Below are positions 38,174 through 47,734 of a stretch of DNA of 64,000 nt, piece after piece. The DNA comes from Nitrospira sp. (GTDB lineage: Bacteria; Nitrospirota; Nitrospiria; Nitrospirales; Nitrospiraceae): positions 3,424,001 to 3,488,000 of the forward strand of contig AP038806.1 in the NCBI GenBank assembly GCA_047150005.1, in the 5' to 3' direction. Positions within the stretch are counted from its first letter, which is position 1; every line of letters begins with the position of its first letter. Under the pieces are notes generated by a model. It was not told the origin of the DNA. It did no database searches and worked only from the letters and a program-made list of their open reading frames with translations. Made by a program: the position numbers and the translations under genes.

Positions 38174-39013
38174 CTAGAACCTATCTCAAAATGGTTGTGC
38201 TCATCAGAAAAGTGCCTATAATGCGCCCGCATGTTGCGCCTGCGCGACGACCAATGGGAGCGGATTCGGGAACATTTTCCCGAGGAACACATTCCCGAAG
38301 GCCGGCCCGGCCGCAAACCCGTGCCCGCCCGCGCGGTCTTGGAGGCCGTGCTGTGGATTCTGAACACCGGGGCGCAGTGGCACATGCTGCCGCAGTGCTA
38401 TCCCAACTACAAAACGGTTCATCGCCGATTTCAGCAGTGGTGCGAACGCGAGGTGCTGCGCGAGATTCTCACGCAGTTGGCGAATACGCTGCGCGACGAG
38501 GGCGCCATCGACGAGCGCGAGAGTTTCATCGACGCGACGTTCGCGGCCGCCAAGGGCGGGGGCGACGCGGTGGGGCTCACGAAACGCGGCAAAGGCGTGA
38601 AGATCCTGGCGATTGTGGATCGTCATGGGTTGCCGCTCTCGGTCAGTACGCACGCGGCCAATCATCATGAGGTCACATTGGTCCAACTCAGTTTCGACTT
38701 CTACATGCTGGAGGCCAAGCCCGAGCATCTCATCGGCGATCGGGCCTATGACAGCGATGGGCTCGATGACGACCTCAAGCAAGGCGGCGTGAACCTGATC
38801 GCGCCGCACCGGTCCACCCGCAAACTCAAGACCCAGGACGGGCGCCACTTGCGCCGGTACCAACGCCGCTGGCTCGTCGAACGGTTCTTTGCGTGGCTCC
38901 AATGGAAGCGGCGGTTACTCGTACGTTGGGAATATTACGCCTCAAACTTCCTGGGGTTTGTGCAGCTCGCATCGATTACCATGCTCCTAAAGCAATTTTG
39001 AGATAGGTTCTAG
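38174..39013 (+). mobile_element. IS5-family element in a CTAG target
   Basis: ctagaacctatctcaaaat ... attttgagataggttctag. Confidence 0.93.
38231..39001 (+). CDS. IS5-family transposase
   Basis: LRDDQWERI, TGAQW..LP, IDAT, GDRAYD, RWLVERFFAWL. Confidence 0.93.
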   Translation: MLRLRDDQWERIREHFPEEHIPEGRPGRKPVPARAVLEAVLWILNTGAQWHMLPQCYPNYKTVHRRFQQWCEREVLREILTQLANTLRDEGAIDERESFIDATFAAAKGGGDAVGLTKRGKGVKILAIVDRHGLPLSVSTHAANHHEVTLVQLSFDFYMLEAKPEHLIGDRAYDSDGLDDDLKQGGVNLIAPHRSTRKLKTQDGRHLRRYQRRWLVERFFAWLQWKRRLLVRWEYYASNFLGFVQLASITMLLKQF

Positions 39014-39080
39014 AAAGGAAGAGAACAGTAAGATGTATAACTCACGACTTCATCTGACAGACAGCGAGTCCTCACCGGGT

Positions 39081-39800
39081 TTAGGCCGCTAACATTTTCT
39101 CCTTGGCCAGTGGCACACTATCGAGAAACGTCTGCATCGGTGTCTTGCCATAGCACCAGCGCCCTTGGTGGGGGCGCTGCTCGTTGTACTCCTGGATCCA
39201 CGCATCCAAGTCAGCCTGGAGGTCCTCCAGCGTTCGATAGATCTTCTTGCGGAGCGCCACGCGGTAAAACTCGTTCAACATGGTCTTGTGGAACCGTTCA
39301 CAGATCCCGTTGGTCTGGGGATGCCGCGTCTTGGTGCGCGTATGATCGATGTTCTCCACGGCCAGATAGAGTTCGTACTCATGGCGCTCCGGAGTTCCAC
39401 AGTATTCCGTGCCGCGATCCGTGAGCACACGGTTCAGCGGAATGGCATGCTGCTCGAAGAACGGCAAGACCCGATCATTGAGCAATTCCGCGGCCGTCAC
39501 CGGCGTCTTGCGGTCGTACAGCTTCGCAAATCCCACCTTGCTGTAGGTATCGATGAAGGTTTGCTGGTAGATGCGGCCGACGCCCTTCAAGGTGCCGACG
39601 TAGAACGTATCCTGCGCGCCGCAGTAGCCGGGACATTCGCTCTCAAATTCGCCGTGGGCCTCTTTGTCCGCCGTCGCCTTCTCCAGCGCCACGACTTGGG
39701 CCTCGGTAAGCACCAGTCCCGCTTGGGCTACCTTCGCTTCCAGTGCCTTTAAGCGTTTCCGCATCGTTGCGAGATCATGGCGGAGCCAGATACAGCGCAC
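39081..39800 (-). pseudogene. IS481 transposase, 3' fragment
   Basis: [41 protein letters not shown]. Confidence 0.88.
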
Positions 39801-39869
39801 GTATCCTGCTCCCCTTGAAATTGAGACCACCTCTACGACATGGTCCTACGACGGACCGAGGAGGTGGCG

Positions 39870-40196
39870 ATGGCAGCAGAAGCAGCAGAACCCATTGAAC
39901 GGTGGACGGCCAAGCGACGCGTGGCATTGGTCGTGAGTAATCTGAAGGGTGAGACCTCGGTGGCCGAGGCGGCCCGGCAGCACGGCCTGACCGTGGCGGA
40001 GGTGGAGGCGTGGCGTGAGAAGTTTCTCCTCGGCGCCGAGAACGCGCTCCGGACTCGGCCCAAGGACGAGGAGGCCGTGAAGGACGAGCAGATCAAGAAG
40101 CTGAAACAGAAGATCGGGGATCTGGTCGTGGACAACGACATCTTACGGGAGGCCTTGAAACCCTTCCCTTTGGACCGGAAGACATCCGACGCGTGA
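39870..40196 (+). CDS. IS3 OrfA (DUF1153-like HTH)
   Basis: RWTAKRRVALV...AEAARQHGLT.AEVEAW; GAGGAGG RBS. Confidence 0.85.
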   Translation: MAAEAAEPIERWTAKRRVALVVSNLKGETSVAEAARQHGLTVAEVEAWREKFLLGAENALRTRPKDEEAVKDEQIKKLKQKIGDLVVDNDILREALKPFPLDRKTSDA

Positions 40197-41026
40197 GAGC
40201 CCGCGTGTCGGGTGTCTCCGAGCGACGGAGTTGCCAGGTGCTCCGCGTGAACCGAGCCGGTCTGCATCGGACGAGAGCAACGGAGGGACGACGCCGAGGC
40301 CCCACGGCACCCCCGTGGCTGGAGCGGATGCGGTATTGGATTCAGCAGCATCCCACGTTTGGGTATCGCCGACTCTGGGTGATGTTGCGGTATCAGGATG
40401 GGATCCTGGTGAATCGCAAAGCCGTGTATCGCGTGCTGAAGCAGCAGGGCTGGTTCGTCCACCAACGCGTGGCGACCCCGCGCCCTCGGGTGCGAGGCTG
40501 GCGCAGTCGGGCTGGGCAGAGCAATGAACGGTGGGCGATGGACGTGACGCATATTCCCTGTGGCCAGGACGGCTGGGCCCATCTCGCGGCCGTGATCGAC
40601 TGTCACGATCGGGAAGTCATCGGCTACGAGTTCGCGTTGCGCAGTCGGGCCAAGGAGGCGGAGCGGGCCGTCGAAGCGGCGTGCCTGCAGCGGTTCGGGA
40701 CGTTGCGGCCTACGGGCGCACCGGTCCTCCGCAGTGACAACGGCCTGATCTTCCAGAGTCGCCGGTTTCGACAAGCCTGTCGGGACTATCGGCTCCAACA
40801 GGAATTCATTACGCCCTATACGCCGGAACAGAACGGCATCATCGAGCGGTTCTTCCGGAGTCTGAAGGAGGAGTGCGTCTGGCAACACACGTTCCAGACG
40901 TTTGAGGAGGCGCGACGGATCATTCGGGACTGGCTCCACTGGTACAACGAGGGACGACCGCACAGCGCCTTGGCGTATCGGAGTCCCGTCCAATTCCGCG
41001 CGCAACAGTCAACCCAGGTGGCTTGA
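40193..41026 (+). CDS. IS3 OrfB transposase
   Basis: [32 protein letters not shown]. Confidence 0.9.
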   Translation: MRARVSGVSERRSCQVLRVNRAGLHRTRATEGRRRGPTAPPWLERMRYWIQQHPTFGYRRLWVMLRYQDGILVNRKAVYRVLKQQGWFVHQRVATPRPRVRGWRSRAGQSNERWAMDVTHIPCGQDGWAHLAAVIDCHDREVIGYEFALRSRAKEAERAVEAACLQRFGTLRPTGAPVLRSDNGLIFQSRRFRQACRDYRLQQEFITPYTPEQNGIIERFFRSLKEECVWQHTFQTFEEARRIIRDWLHWYNEGRPHSALAYRSPVQFRAQQSTQVA

Positions 41027-41044
41027 TTTCAGGGGAGCACTACA

Positions 41045-41362
41045 CACGCCCGCTGGGGAGATGGACAGCGCCTGCTTGCGCAGTTCATTCGCCACGCGGG
41101 CTTGTCCCCACGCGGGTTGCTCAATAGCGATCTGCACGATGGCCTGTTCCACCTCGGGTGCCACCCGATTCTTGAGGAGCGGCTTCTGCCGCGAAATCTC
41201 TTGAAGCGCGGCCTCGCCGCCGGTCTCGTAGAGTTCCTTGAATCGATAGAAACTATCGCGGCTATACCCCATCAGCTGGCAGGCTTTGGAGACATTGCCG
41301 AGCTGCTTCGCCAGTTCCAGCACGCCGACTTTCGTCTTAATGATCTTTTGTTCCGTCGTCAT
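41045..41362 (-). pseudogene. IS481 transposase, 5' fragment
   Basis: [31 protein letters not shown]. Confidence 0.88.
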
Positions 41363-41539
41363 GGTCCTCGCTCCTTTCGTGAAGAGGGAGGACTCTAGCT
41401 GACTGTCAGATTAAGTTCTAGCTTCCACACATAAGAACTAGAATGTGGACCGCTTTTGGTTCTCCATTCATAGGTAATATCTGTTCATCAAAACCAATTC
41501 TAATTAGCAGGTCAGAAATCACTCAGATCCAGCCCGCTC

Positions 41540-41583
41540 TAGCTATTCCGATTGGTCCATTTCCACAATAACCCTTTCGGCTA
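41540..41583 (-). promoter_or_regulatory. Module promoter, copy 4
   Basis: TAACCCTTTCGGCTA plus TTGTGG-17-TAGCTA. Confidence 0.55.
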
Positions 41584-41779
41584 GGGGCGATGGCCTCTGC
41601 TCCTCCATCTCTAGCTGTAGCAGTAAGATCTCCGTGTCACCCCACAGCTTGTAAAAGCCGTATTATCTGGTTCGTCTCGTTTGTGCGGTCTGTCTTACTT
41701 CATCCTCATTCAGCATCGACTCCGTTCATAGCTCAGGACGCTGCACTCAGCACGCAGCACTCAGAGCTCATCACTGCTT
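41566..41779. repeat. Copy of 7965..8178
   Basis: Direct comparison. Confidence 0.9.
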
Positions 41780-41783
41780 ATCT

Positions 41784-41870
41784 CTACTCCTGCCAGATGA
41801 TCCCGACGACGATATAGATTAGCGCCGCCATCACTGCATTCGCCAAGAATAAGATTACGCCGATGTCCAT
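41784..41870 (-). CDS. 28-aa TM peptide, copy 4 (MDIGVILFLANAVMAALIYIVVGIIWQE)
   Basis: GGAGG RBS; conservative substitutions. Confidence 0.72.
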   Translation of the reverse strand: MDIGVILFLANAVMAALIYIVVGIIWQE

Positions 41871-42155
41871 GAGAGCCTCCGTTGCCGATTGGGGTTGCTG
41901 CTGCACGTAGCGAACTGCAATCAGTAGGCCAGGAGAAATCCCAGAAAGCTCCGCCTGTATTGCACGTGCGTGACTGCAGTGAAGACAAGGCAATCCGTCG
42001 ATGACGATCGAATGAATGAAGATGGAACGACCCTATGTTTCAGGCCGAATGGGCTCTAAAAGAGTTCGGGATGAATCAAAAGAGATTCAGAGAGGGACGC
42101 CGATTTGTAGATTCCCAGAAGCGGGACGGTTTCCAACAAGAAGAGAGGCTGTCCC

Positions 42156-42704
42156 TTACGATTGCCCGGTGGGAAGGCTTTGACAGAAGAGGTCGACCGT
42201 CTTTCGAAAGAGGAACAGCGCGGTATCTTGAGGCGAGGCAGCGAGGGCAGCACCCGCAGCCGCACGAATCTGATCCGCTGTGAGATCAAACCGTTTGACC
42301 ACAAAAGCCGCGTCGTCAAGGTCAAGCTCCGTTCCCCGTCGCAACTTGGCAATGACGCAGTCGAGAGGAGCCATCAGTCTTATGCGGAGATTATCGTGAT
42401 GCACCAAATCGGTTGCGCGATCCCGATATCCTGGTGGCATCGCGACGACCGACCAGCCGGAAAAATTGGTGGTCAAGTCGGCTGGAATCTGATGTTGATT
42501 CAGGAACCCGGCTAAGGGCTCGACAGCCCCAATAAGCTCCGCGTCCACATCCCGTGTCAGTCGGTCTTGGTAGCCATACGCCTGCAGGGTCAAGGCTCCC
42601 ACGAGCAAGACATCGACCGGGTCGCTGGTTTGGCCGGCGTACGATCTCAGCAAGCCGATAACGTAATCAACGGTGAGCGCAGACAAAGGTGAGAGCCTCG
42701 GCAA
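42156..42704 (-). CDS. DUF6036-like nucleotidyltransferase (AbiEii / type IV TA-like)
   Basis: LLVGA.....G...RLTRDVDA, IAKLRRG...DLDDA. Confidence 0.7.
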   Translation of the reverse strand: MPRLSPLSALTVDYVIGLLRSYAGQTSDPVDVLLVGALTLQAYGYQDRLTRDVDAELIGAVEPLAGFLNQHQIPADLTTNFSGWSVVAMPPGYRDRATDLVHHDNLRIRLMAPLDCVIAKLRRGTELDLDDAAFVVKRFDLTADQIRAAAGAALAASPQDTALFLFRKTVDLFCQSLPTGQS

Positions 42705-43008
42705 ATGCCCGATAGTCGCGGGAGTCGATAGGACCCGTATCCAACGGCAGTGGTGATCTGTTCAATAGATACGTGATCAAGCGGCTGTATTGTGTGTACC
42801 AACGGCAGGCGTTCCGATACGCCGCTTCAACAGCCGGATCCGACTTCCAGGGTGAAACATCAAGTTGGTCGTTGACGAGAATCTCGAGCCACAGGGTTTT
42901 GCGGCCTCGCGCGGTCTTCACGGCCTCAGTAATTGAGTCGGTACCCAAGTAAGCCGGTAGCAATCGAAGCGGCTGTTCGGCTGATCCTGACTGAGCCACT
43001 TGTTTCAT
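42667..43008 (-). CDS. Hypothetical protein, probable partner of the nucleotidyltransferase
   Basis: Overlapping two-gene arrangement. Confidence 0.6.
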   Translation of the reverse strand: MKQVAQSGSAEQPLRLLPAYLGTDSITEAVKTARGRKTLWLEILVNDQLDVSPWKSDPAVEAAYRNACRWYTQYSRLITYLLNRSPLPLDTGPIDSRDYRAFAEALTFVCAHR

Positions 43009-43247
43009 GACGCGAGTGTATCACAGCGTTCAATCAGGCAGGAAGAGCGAAGCGCCTACACGAACGAGAAGGGGGACAGCCACCGACTGGAAGGAAGGCC
43101 GCGCTGCCAGTGATGGTGACAGCGCGGCCTTAGTGGCGCAGAGGCGACCGGCGGACTCTGGAAGGGTCAGGACCAGAACCAGCCAGGACGGCGGCCGTCT
43201 CGCGACGGTCGAACACCCGATGGTCGGCTCCGCGCCGGAAGCTTACA

Positions 43248-43365
43248 AGAGTTCTGAGTTTTAAGTGCTGAGTGTCGGTCATGATGTAGAGGATATGTAT
43301 CCTGTTCCAGAAGGGGACCACACTCCGCCCACTCAGGACTCAACACTGAGGACTCAGGACTCCGT
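43248..43365. repeat. Degenerate heptamer repeats (actcagg / tgagtgc) in inverted arrangement
   Basis: gagttctgagttttaagtgctgagt ... actcaggactcaacactgaggactcaggactc. Confidence 0.5.
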
Positions 43366-43368
43366 CCA

Positions 43369-43455
43369 TCAGTCCTGCCAGATCTTGGTAATCACAATGT
43401 AGATGAGGACGGCCATCAGTGTATTGCTGAGGATTAGGATCACTGCGAAGTCCAT
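43369..43455 (-). CDS. 28-aa TM peptide, copy 5 (MDFAVILILSNTLMAVLIYIVITKIWQD)
   Basis: AAGGAG RBS; same length and MD..N..MA..YIV..IWQ pattern. Confidence 0.72.
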   Translation of the reverse strand: MDFAVILILSNTLMAVLIYIVITKIWQD

Positions 43456-43858
43456 GATGCTCTCCTTCTCGTCCTATGGTCCGACGATGGATTGTGCGCG
43501 TGACCCTTGCCCGCGATACAAAGCAATACGCATGCCATCGGATCTCGGATATGTCGGTTCATCCATACACAACGTGATTGGCCGCAATTTTAGAGGCGAT
43601 TCGCATTTCTCTCGTCGAGGGCTGTCACGACGGAGTGAATCAATACGCAACACAACTGAATCTGTTCGTCCTGTAACGGCATCACATTTGATCCAGGAGG
43701 TGTCAATCAAGAATCAAGAATTCCGATTGAGGAATTTCTGCCGAGGCTGCGCGGGAACGTGCTGAATGCTGAGCCGGAACTCAGCACAATGGGAGAGGAC
43801 AGGCTGCATCTTCTTCCGACCAGAGATGATGAGGAGGTCGGCGAGACGTCGGCGTCAT

Positions 43859-46081
43859 TTATCTGATTGTCTCCTGTGTCGAATAGAAGGGAAGGGTGAA
43901 GTAGAATGAAGTGCCTCGACCAACCGTGCTGTCCACCCAGATGCAGCCGCCGTGCAACTCGACCAGACTTTTGGCGATGGCCAAACCCAACCCGGCTCCT
44001 CTGGCTTCCGCTGATGTGGTTGTTCCCCTGAAGAATTTCTCGAAGACTTTCGGCAGCTCGGCAGGCGGGATGCCGCAGCCGGTATCGGACACGCAAATCT
44101 GGAGAAAGTCGGTGTTATCGTGGACCTGTGCCTGCACGGAGATCCGTCCCCCGGGCGGGGTGAACTTGATCGCGTTGCCGATGAGATTCGTCAGAATCTG
44201 CGTAAGCTTGTCCCGATCTGCATGAACAGCCGGCAGAGCCGCAAGGGAGTGCAAGTCGATGGTCACGGATTTACCGGCCGCGAGCGACTGCAATCCTTCA
44301 ATCAGCTCGTTCATCCATTCGACGATCGGAATCGGTTCCTGTCTCAGCTCGACTCGACCGGCTTCAATGCGGGACAGATCGAGCAGATCCACGATCATTC
44401 GCGTCAGACGGTCGATGTTGAATTGGATGCGGCGAAGATACTGCGATTGTTTGTCGTTCACGGCGCCGGTCACACCGTCGAGCATGTTTTCAACATAGGT
44501 CCGGATCGACGTCATGGGCGTGCGCAGCTCGTGCGACACCATGGACACGAACGAGGATTTCAGCTGATTCAACTCTTGTAACTGCTTGTTCGCCGCTTCG
44601 AGTTGGACCGTCCTCTCGCAGACTTTCTGCTCAAGCCCCGTATTCAGTTCTTCGATCTCCCGGTACGCCGCGACATTGTCCAACGCGATGGCCAGTTGAT
44701 TGGCAAAGGTGACCATGAGAGCCAAGTCATCTTGAGTCAGACTATGCGCCTTACTCCGGTCTACAGTTATCGAGCCCAAGATCCAATTCTTGACCTTTAA
44801 TGGGACAGAGAGAAACGACTCGGTGCCTGTTTGTTCCACGAGTTTCCAAGAGAGAGGATGAAGTTGTTCACGAATCTTGGTCACGTCACTGACAAGAATG
44901 GGCTGACCCCGCAAGAGGACCATTCCCTCGATGCTGGATGGGTCGGCCACCGGCACTTCAAGTTGCCGAGCGAACGCGGCGATCTCAGGCACGACTCCGA
45001 GGAGGCGGGCACTGTGGCTGATCTGGCGAAGAGGGTCGTAAAAGCTGATCATGACTCGATCGTAAGACAGTTTGTGGATGAGTGTTTCTTGAGCGCAATG
45101 AAGTAACGTTTCCTTGTCCCTGGTCGAGGTGAAGGCCAATCCCGCATCATAGAGTGTGGTCAAATGATCGACACGCCGCTGAAGATCCGAAGCGAGCTGC
45201 TGTTGCTGAACATAGGCCTTTTGCAGTTCGTCGTGCCAGGCATCGAGCGATCGTGCCTGCTCCTCGATAATGTGTTCGCGTTGTGCGATCTGTTGAACGG
45301 ACCCCGGCCGGTTCAACCATGTGCTCACTCGCCACAAACGCCGCGCCGGTGTGCTTGCTTGCCAGGCCACTTCCCATTCGCAATATTCGTCGCCTTCCGC
45401 GACACAACTACGATCGGTCACCGTTGCGGGCGGCAGTTGGTGGAAGATTTCAGGGACTCCGACGAAATAGCCCTTCACGGCGGTACACCACAGACGAGCG
45501 CACGAACGACGATACAGGCCGAAATGACGATACGTGCGTTCGCTGAACGTCAACCGCATGATGGCCCACCGGTCCGACATCGTGACGGCATCCACAAAAA
45601 AAGAATTTCTTGAGTATCGTTGAGCGATATAGACGGACATCTTGTAGATTTGTTGAACCGAGAACCGCCGCAGCAGTATCTGGATGATAGGTGAAATGGC
45701 CTTCTTTCTGGCCATGTTGAATTGAAGATCCGGATCGCCGGAAATGTCGGAGCAGATCTGAGTAAAGAAGGCGGAGAATTCGGTGGAGTAGCTGTTCCAC
45801 GGATTCTTCAAGATCGCTTCGGTAATGCGAAATGCCGGATCTGGAATCCGTTCATTCAGCAGGCGGACGAGCTCTTGAAGTGCACGCGCTCCGGAAGCGA
45901 CACCCTCTTTCTTGGAGACATACTCCTCCAGCTCTTCGACGCAGGCCTTGACGACGACTCCACTGAGATCGCGGATCCTTGTTCCGTCAGGTTCGGTCCC
46001 GAAGGGCTGAAATTCCATCATGCCCTTCTCGGTAATGGAATGATCTTTCGGGAGCAGCTCGGTCACGGCCTCGGTCTCCAA
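43859..46081 (-). CDS. Cytoplasmic sensor histidine kinase (V4R-like, GAF, HisKA, HATPase_c)
   Basis: SCVAEGDEYCEWEV, SFLSVPL, VSHELRTPM, NLIGNAIKF, DTGCG, GAGLGL; start uncertain. Confidence 0.92.
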   Translation of the reverse strand: METEAVTELLPKDHSITEKGMMEFQPFGTEPDGTRIRDLSGVVVKACVEELEEYVSKKEGVASGARALQELVRLLNERIPDPAFRITEAILKNPWNSYSTEFSAFFTQICSDISGDPDLQFNMARKKAISPIIQILLRRFSVQQIYKMSVYIAQRYSRNSFFVDAVTMSDRWAIMRLTFSERTYRHFGLYRRSCARLWCTAVKGYFVGVPEIFHQLPPATVTDRSCVAEGDEYCEWEVAWQASTPARRLWRVSTWLNRPGSVQQIAQREHIIEEQARSLDAWHDELQKAYVQQQQLASDLQRRVDHLTTLYDAGLAFTSTRDKETLLHCAQETLIHKLSYDRVMISFYDPLRQISHSARLLGVVPEIAAFARQLEVPVADPSSIEGMVLLRGQPILVSDVTKIREQLHPLSWKLVEQTGTESFLSVPLKVKNWILGSITVDRSKAHSLTQDDLALMVTFANQLAIALDNVAAYREIEELNTGLEQKVCERTVQLEAANKQLQELNQLKSSFVSMVSHELRTPMTSIRTYVENMLDGVTGAVNDKQSQYLRRIQFNIDRLTRMIVDLLDLSRIEAGRVELRQEPIPIVEWMNELIEGLQSLAAGKSVTIDLHSLAALPAVHADRDKLTQILTNLIGNAIKFTPPGGRISVQAQVHDNTDFLQICVSDTGCGIPPAELPKVFEKFFRGTTTSAEARGAGLGLAIAKSLVELHGGCIWVDSTVGRGTSFYFTLPFYSTQETIR

Positions 46082-46123
46082 AGGCGCAGGTGAGAAAAAC
46101 CCTTCCGACGCTGTGGCATGTTG

Positions 46124-47683
46124 TTACAGCGTCTTCAAATACTCCATCAGTGCCCGTTTGTCCTGATCGGGCAGGTTGGTGCCGTAGACATGGCCTCCAT
46201 TGCCGTTTCCCGGTAGCCTGGTATCGTACTTGAAAGATCCGCTGCAGTCATCCGCACCGGGGTCCCACTGAAATCCGACATGGTCCCAGTCATACAGGTT
46301 GTTTCCCCGACAAAATTCGACGGGCCGTTTGGATGGATCCTGGAGGAGATGCCACAGGGTTGGAACCGACCCATTATGGAGGTACGGAGCCCGCAACCAG
46401 ATACCGGTCAACAACAGGTTCGCGTAGCCGTTCGTCTTCCAGTAGTTTTCGAGCCTCCAGGCGGCCAGATGATGGACCTCGTTCAGCTTGTCGCTGAGCG
46501 CCTCGCTAAACGCATCCAAACGGGCCTGGTCCGTCCCAATGTCCTTGATGCCCACAATTCCGCTCGTTTGAGCGCCGTCTCTCCCGTGACATTTATGACA
46601 GTGGGTCGTGAAGAGCGCCAGGCCCTTCGCCACGAGCTTTTCGGCAAGAAGGGGATCGGTTTTCGGGCCTGGCACCATACTGTGATAGCTCTCGATGGCA
46701 TAGTCATCCGCCTCAAACCATGTCGCAATGCGGGTGACTGCCCGAAGGTCGAGCGTCGCGGGAGTGGCCCCGGCGCCAAGGGCGGCCGTGATGTTGCGCT
46801 CCTGCGGGCTCCGGTTATTGCCGTCCCAGTGCAATGCTCCCTGTGGCAGTTTTTCCCTCCAGAGTGCCGGAAAATCAGCGATTCCCGATAACGCGCCCGG
46901 ATCCATCTCAAGGGTCGGTGCGCCGAACGCCGGCAATTTCTCAAAGATCTGTAAAGAGTCCTGGAGCTTTTCAACCTTGTAATAGGCCCACGTATCGACC
47001 CGGCCCGGTCCGAACGGAGTCGGTCTGCGGTCGAGGAAGCCGAACTTGTGCTTCATGCTTTTCGCGCCGTCCTGAAAGGCCGGAATCAGCAGATAGCGGT
47101 GGATGAACTTCTCCCAATATCCCAGCCGGCCCTTCTGCTCGATGTGTTTCAGGACATTCTCGGTCGTAAAATCGGGATCATCCGCCGCGGCGAAGAGAAA
47201 ACGGAAAAACGCTTCGGCATCCACCGTGTTTGCCGGCATGCCCAAGATGATGCGGGTGGGACCGTCAGGCGTCGCGCGTACAGTCGATACATGACAGAAC
47301 GCGCAATTGATTCCGATGAACTCACCCGCGCCGAACCGCCAGCGCTTTGAGAAGCCGATCGGACGATCGACGCGGTCTTTCGGGTCCATCGTCAGCCCGA
47401 AGGCTTCGTAGGTGAGGGATTGGCATTGCGGGAGATGCGGGAGGTGCTGGGGAAACATTTCCGGCAGGATCTGCCAGATTCTGTAGGGAATGCCTCGTCT
47501 CAAGTTGTCCGACCCGATGGAACCGTACTTGAAGTGCATGGCGGTGTCGTCGTAGGAGTCCGCACATCCATCCAGCACCAACTTGTTGAACAGGTAGACC
47601 AGAACCGCCAGGAGTCCCAGCACGAGGAGGATTCTGCCGCCGGGTCCTCGTGACCGCTTCTGCTTCACCGCGTCTGTTCCCAT
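46124..47683 (-). CDS. Membrane-anchored di-heme c-type cytochrome (RoxA / peroxidase-like)
   Basis: CAFCH, CHKCH, GIWLRAPYLHNGSVPTL, GNGNGGH; N-terminal TM helix. Confidence 0.85.
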   Translation of the reverse strand: MGTDAVKQKRSRGPGGRILLVLGLLAVLVYLFNKLVLDGCADSYDDTAMHFKYGSIGSDNLRRGIPYRIWQILPEMFPQHLPHLPQCQSLTYEAFGLTMDPKDRVDRPIGFSKRWRFGAGEFIGINCAFCHVSTVRATPDGPTRIILGMPANTVDAEAFFRFLFAAADDPDFTTENVLKHIEQKGRLGYWEKFIHRYLLIPAFQDGAKSMKHKFGFLDRRPTPFGPGRVDTWAYYKVEKLQDSLQIFEKLPAFGAPTLEMDPGALSGIADFPALWREKLPQGALHWDGNNRSPQERNITAALGAGATPATLDLRAVTRIATWFEADDYAIESYHSMVPGPKTDPLLAEKLVAKGLALFTTHCHKCHGRDGAQTSGIVGIKDIGTDQARLDAFSEALSDKLNEVHHLAAWRLENYWKTNGYANLLLTGIWLRAPYLHNGSVPTLWHLLQDPSKRPVEFCRGNNLYDWDHVGFQWDPGADDCSGSFKYDTRLPGNGNGGHVYGTNLPDQDKRALMEYLKTL

Positions 47684-47734
47684 GCTGGCCTCCCTCTCGA
47701 TGTGCCGGTGACACCGGCACATCGGATAACCGCC

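Larger units (their letters stand above)
39801..41044 (+). mobile_element. IS3-family element nested in IS481
   Basis: IRs tgctcccc.tgaaa; 3-bp TSD CAC; removing it restores PAGV|RCIW. Confidence 0.9.
39034..41431 (-). mobile_element. IS481-family element interrupted by a nested IS3
   Basis: TGT...ACA ends with IRs (actt.atctgacag); TAAGA duplicated at 39029..39033 and 41432..41436. Confidence 0.88.

Noticed and set aside
37012..38385. 457-aa ORF as an intact gene
   Set aside because: Chimera of IS5 antisense sequence, the lyase-like fragment and the IS3 end.
43248..43365. CRISPR array
   Set aside because: Only short degenerate heptamers; no repeat-spacer structure and no cas genes.
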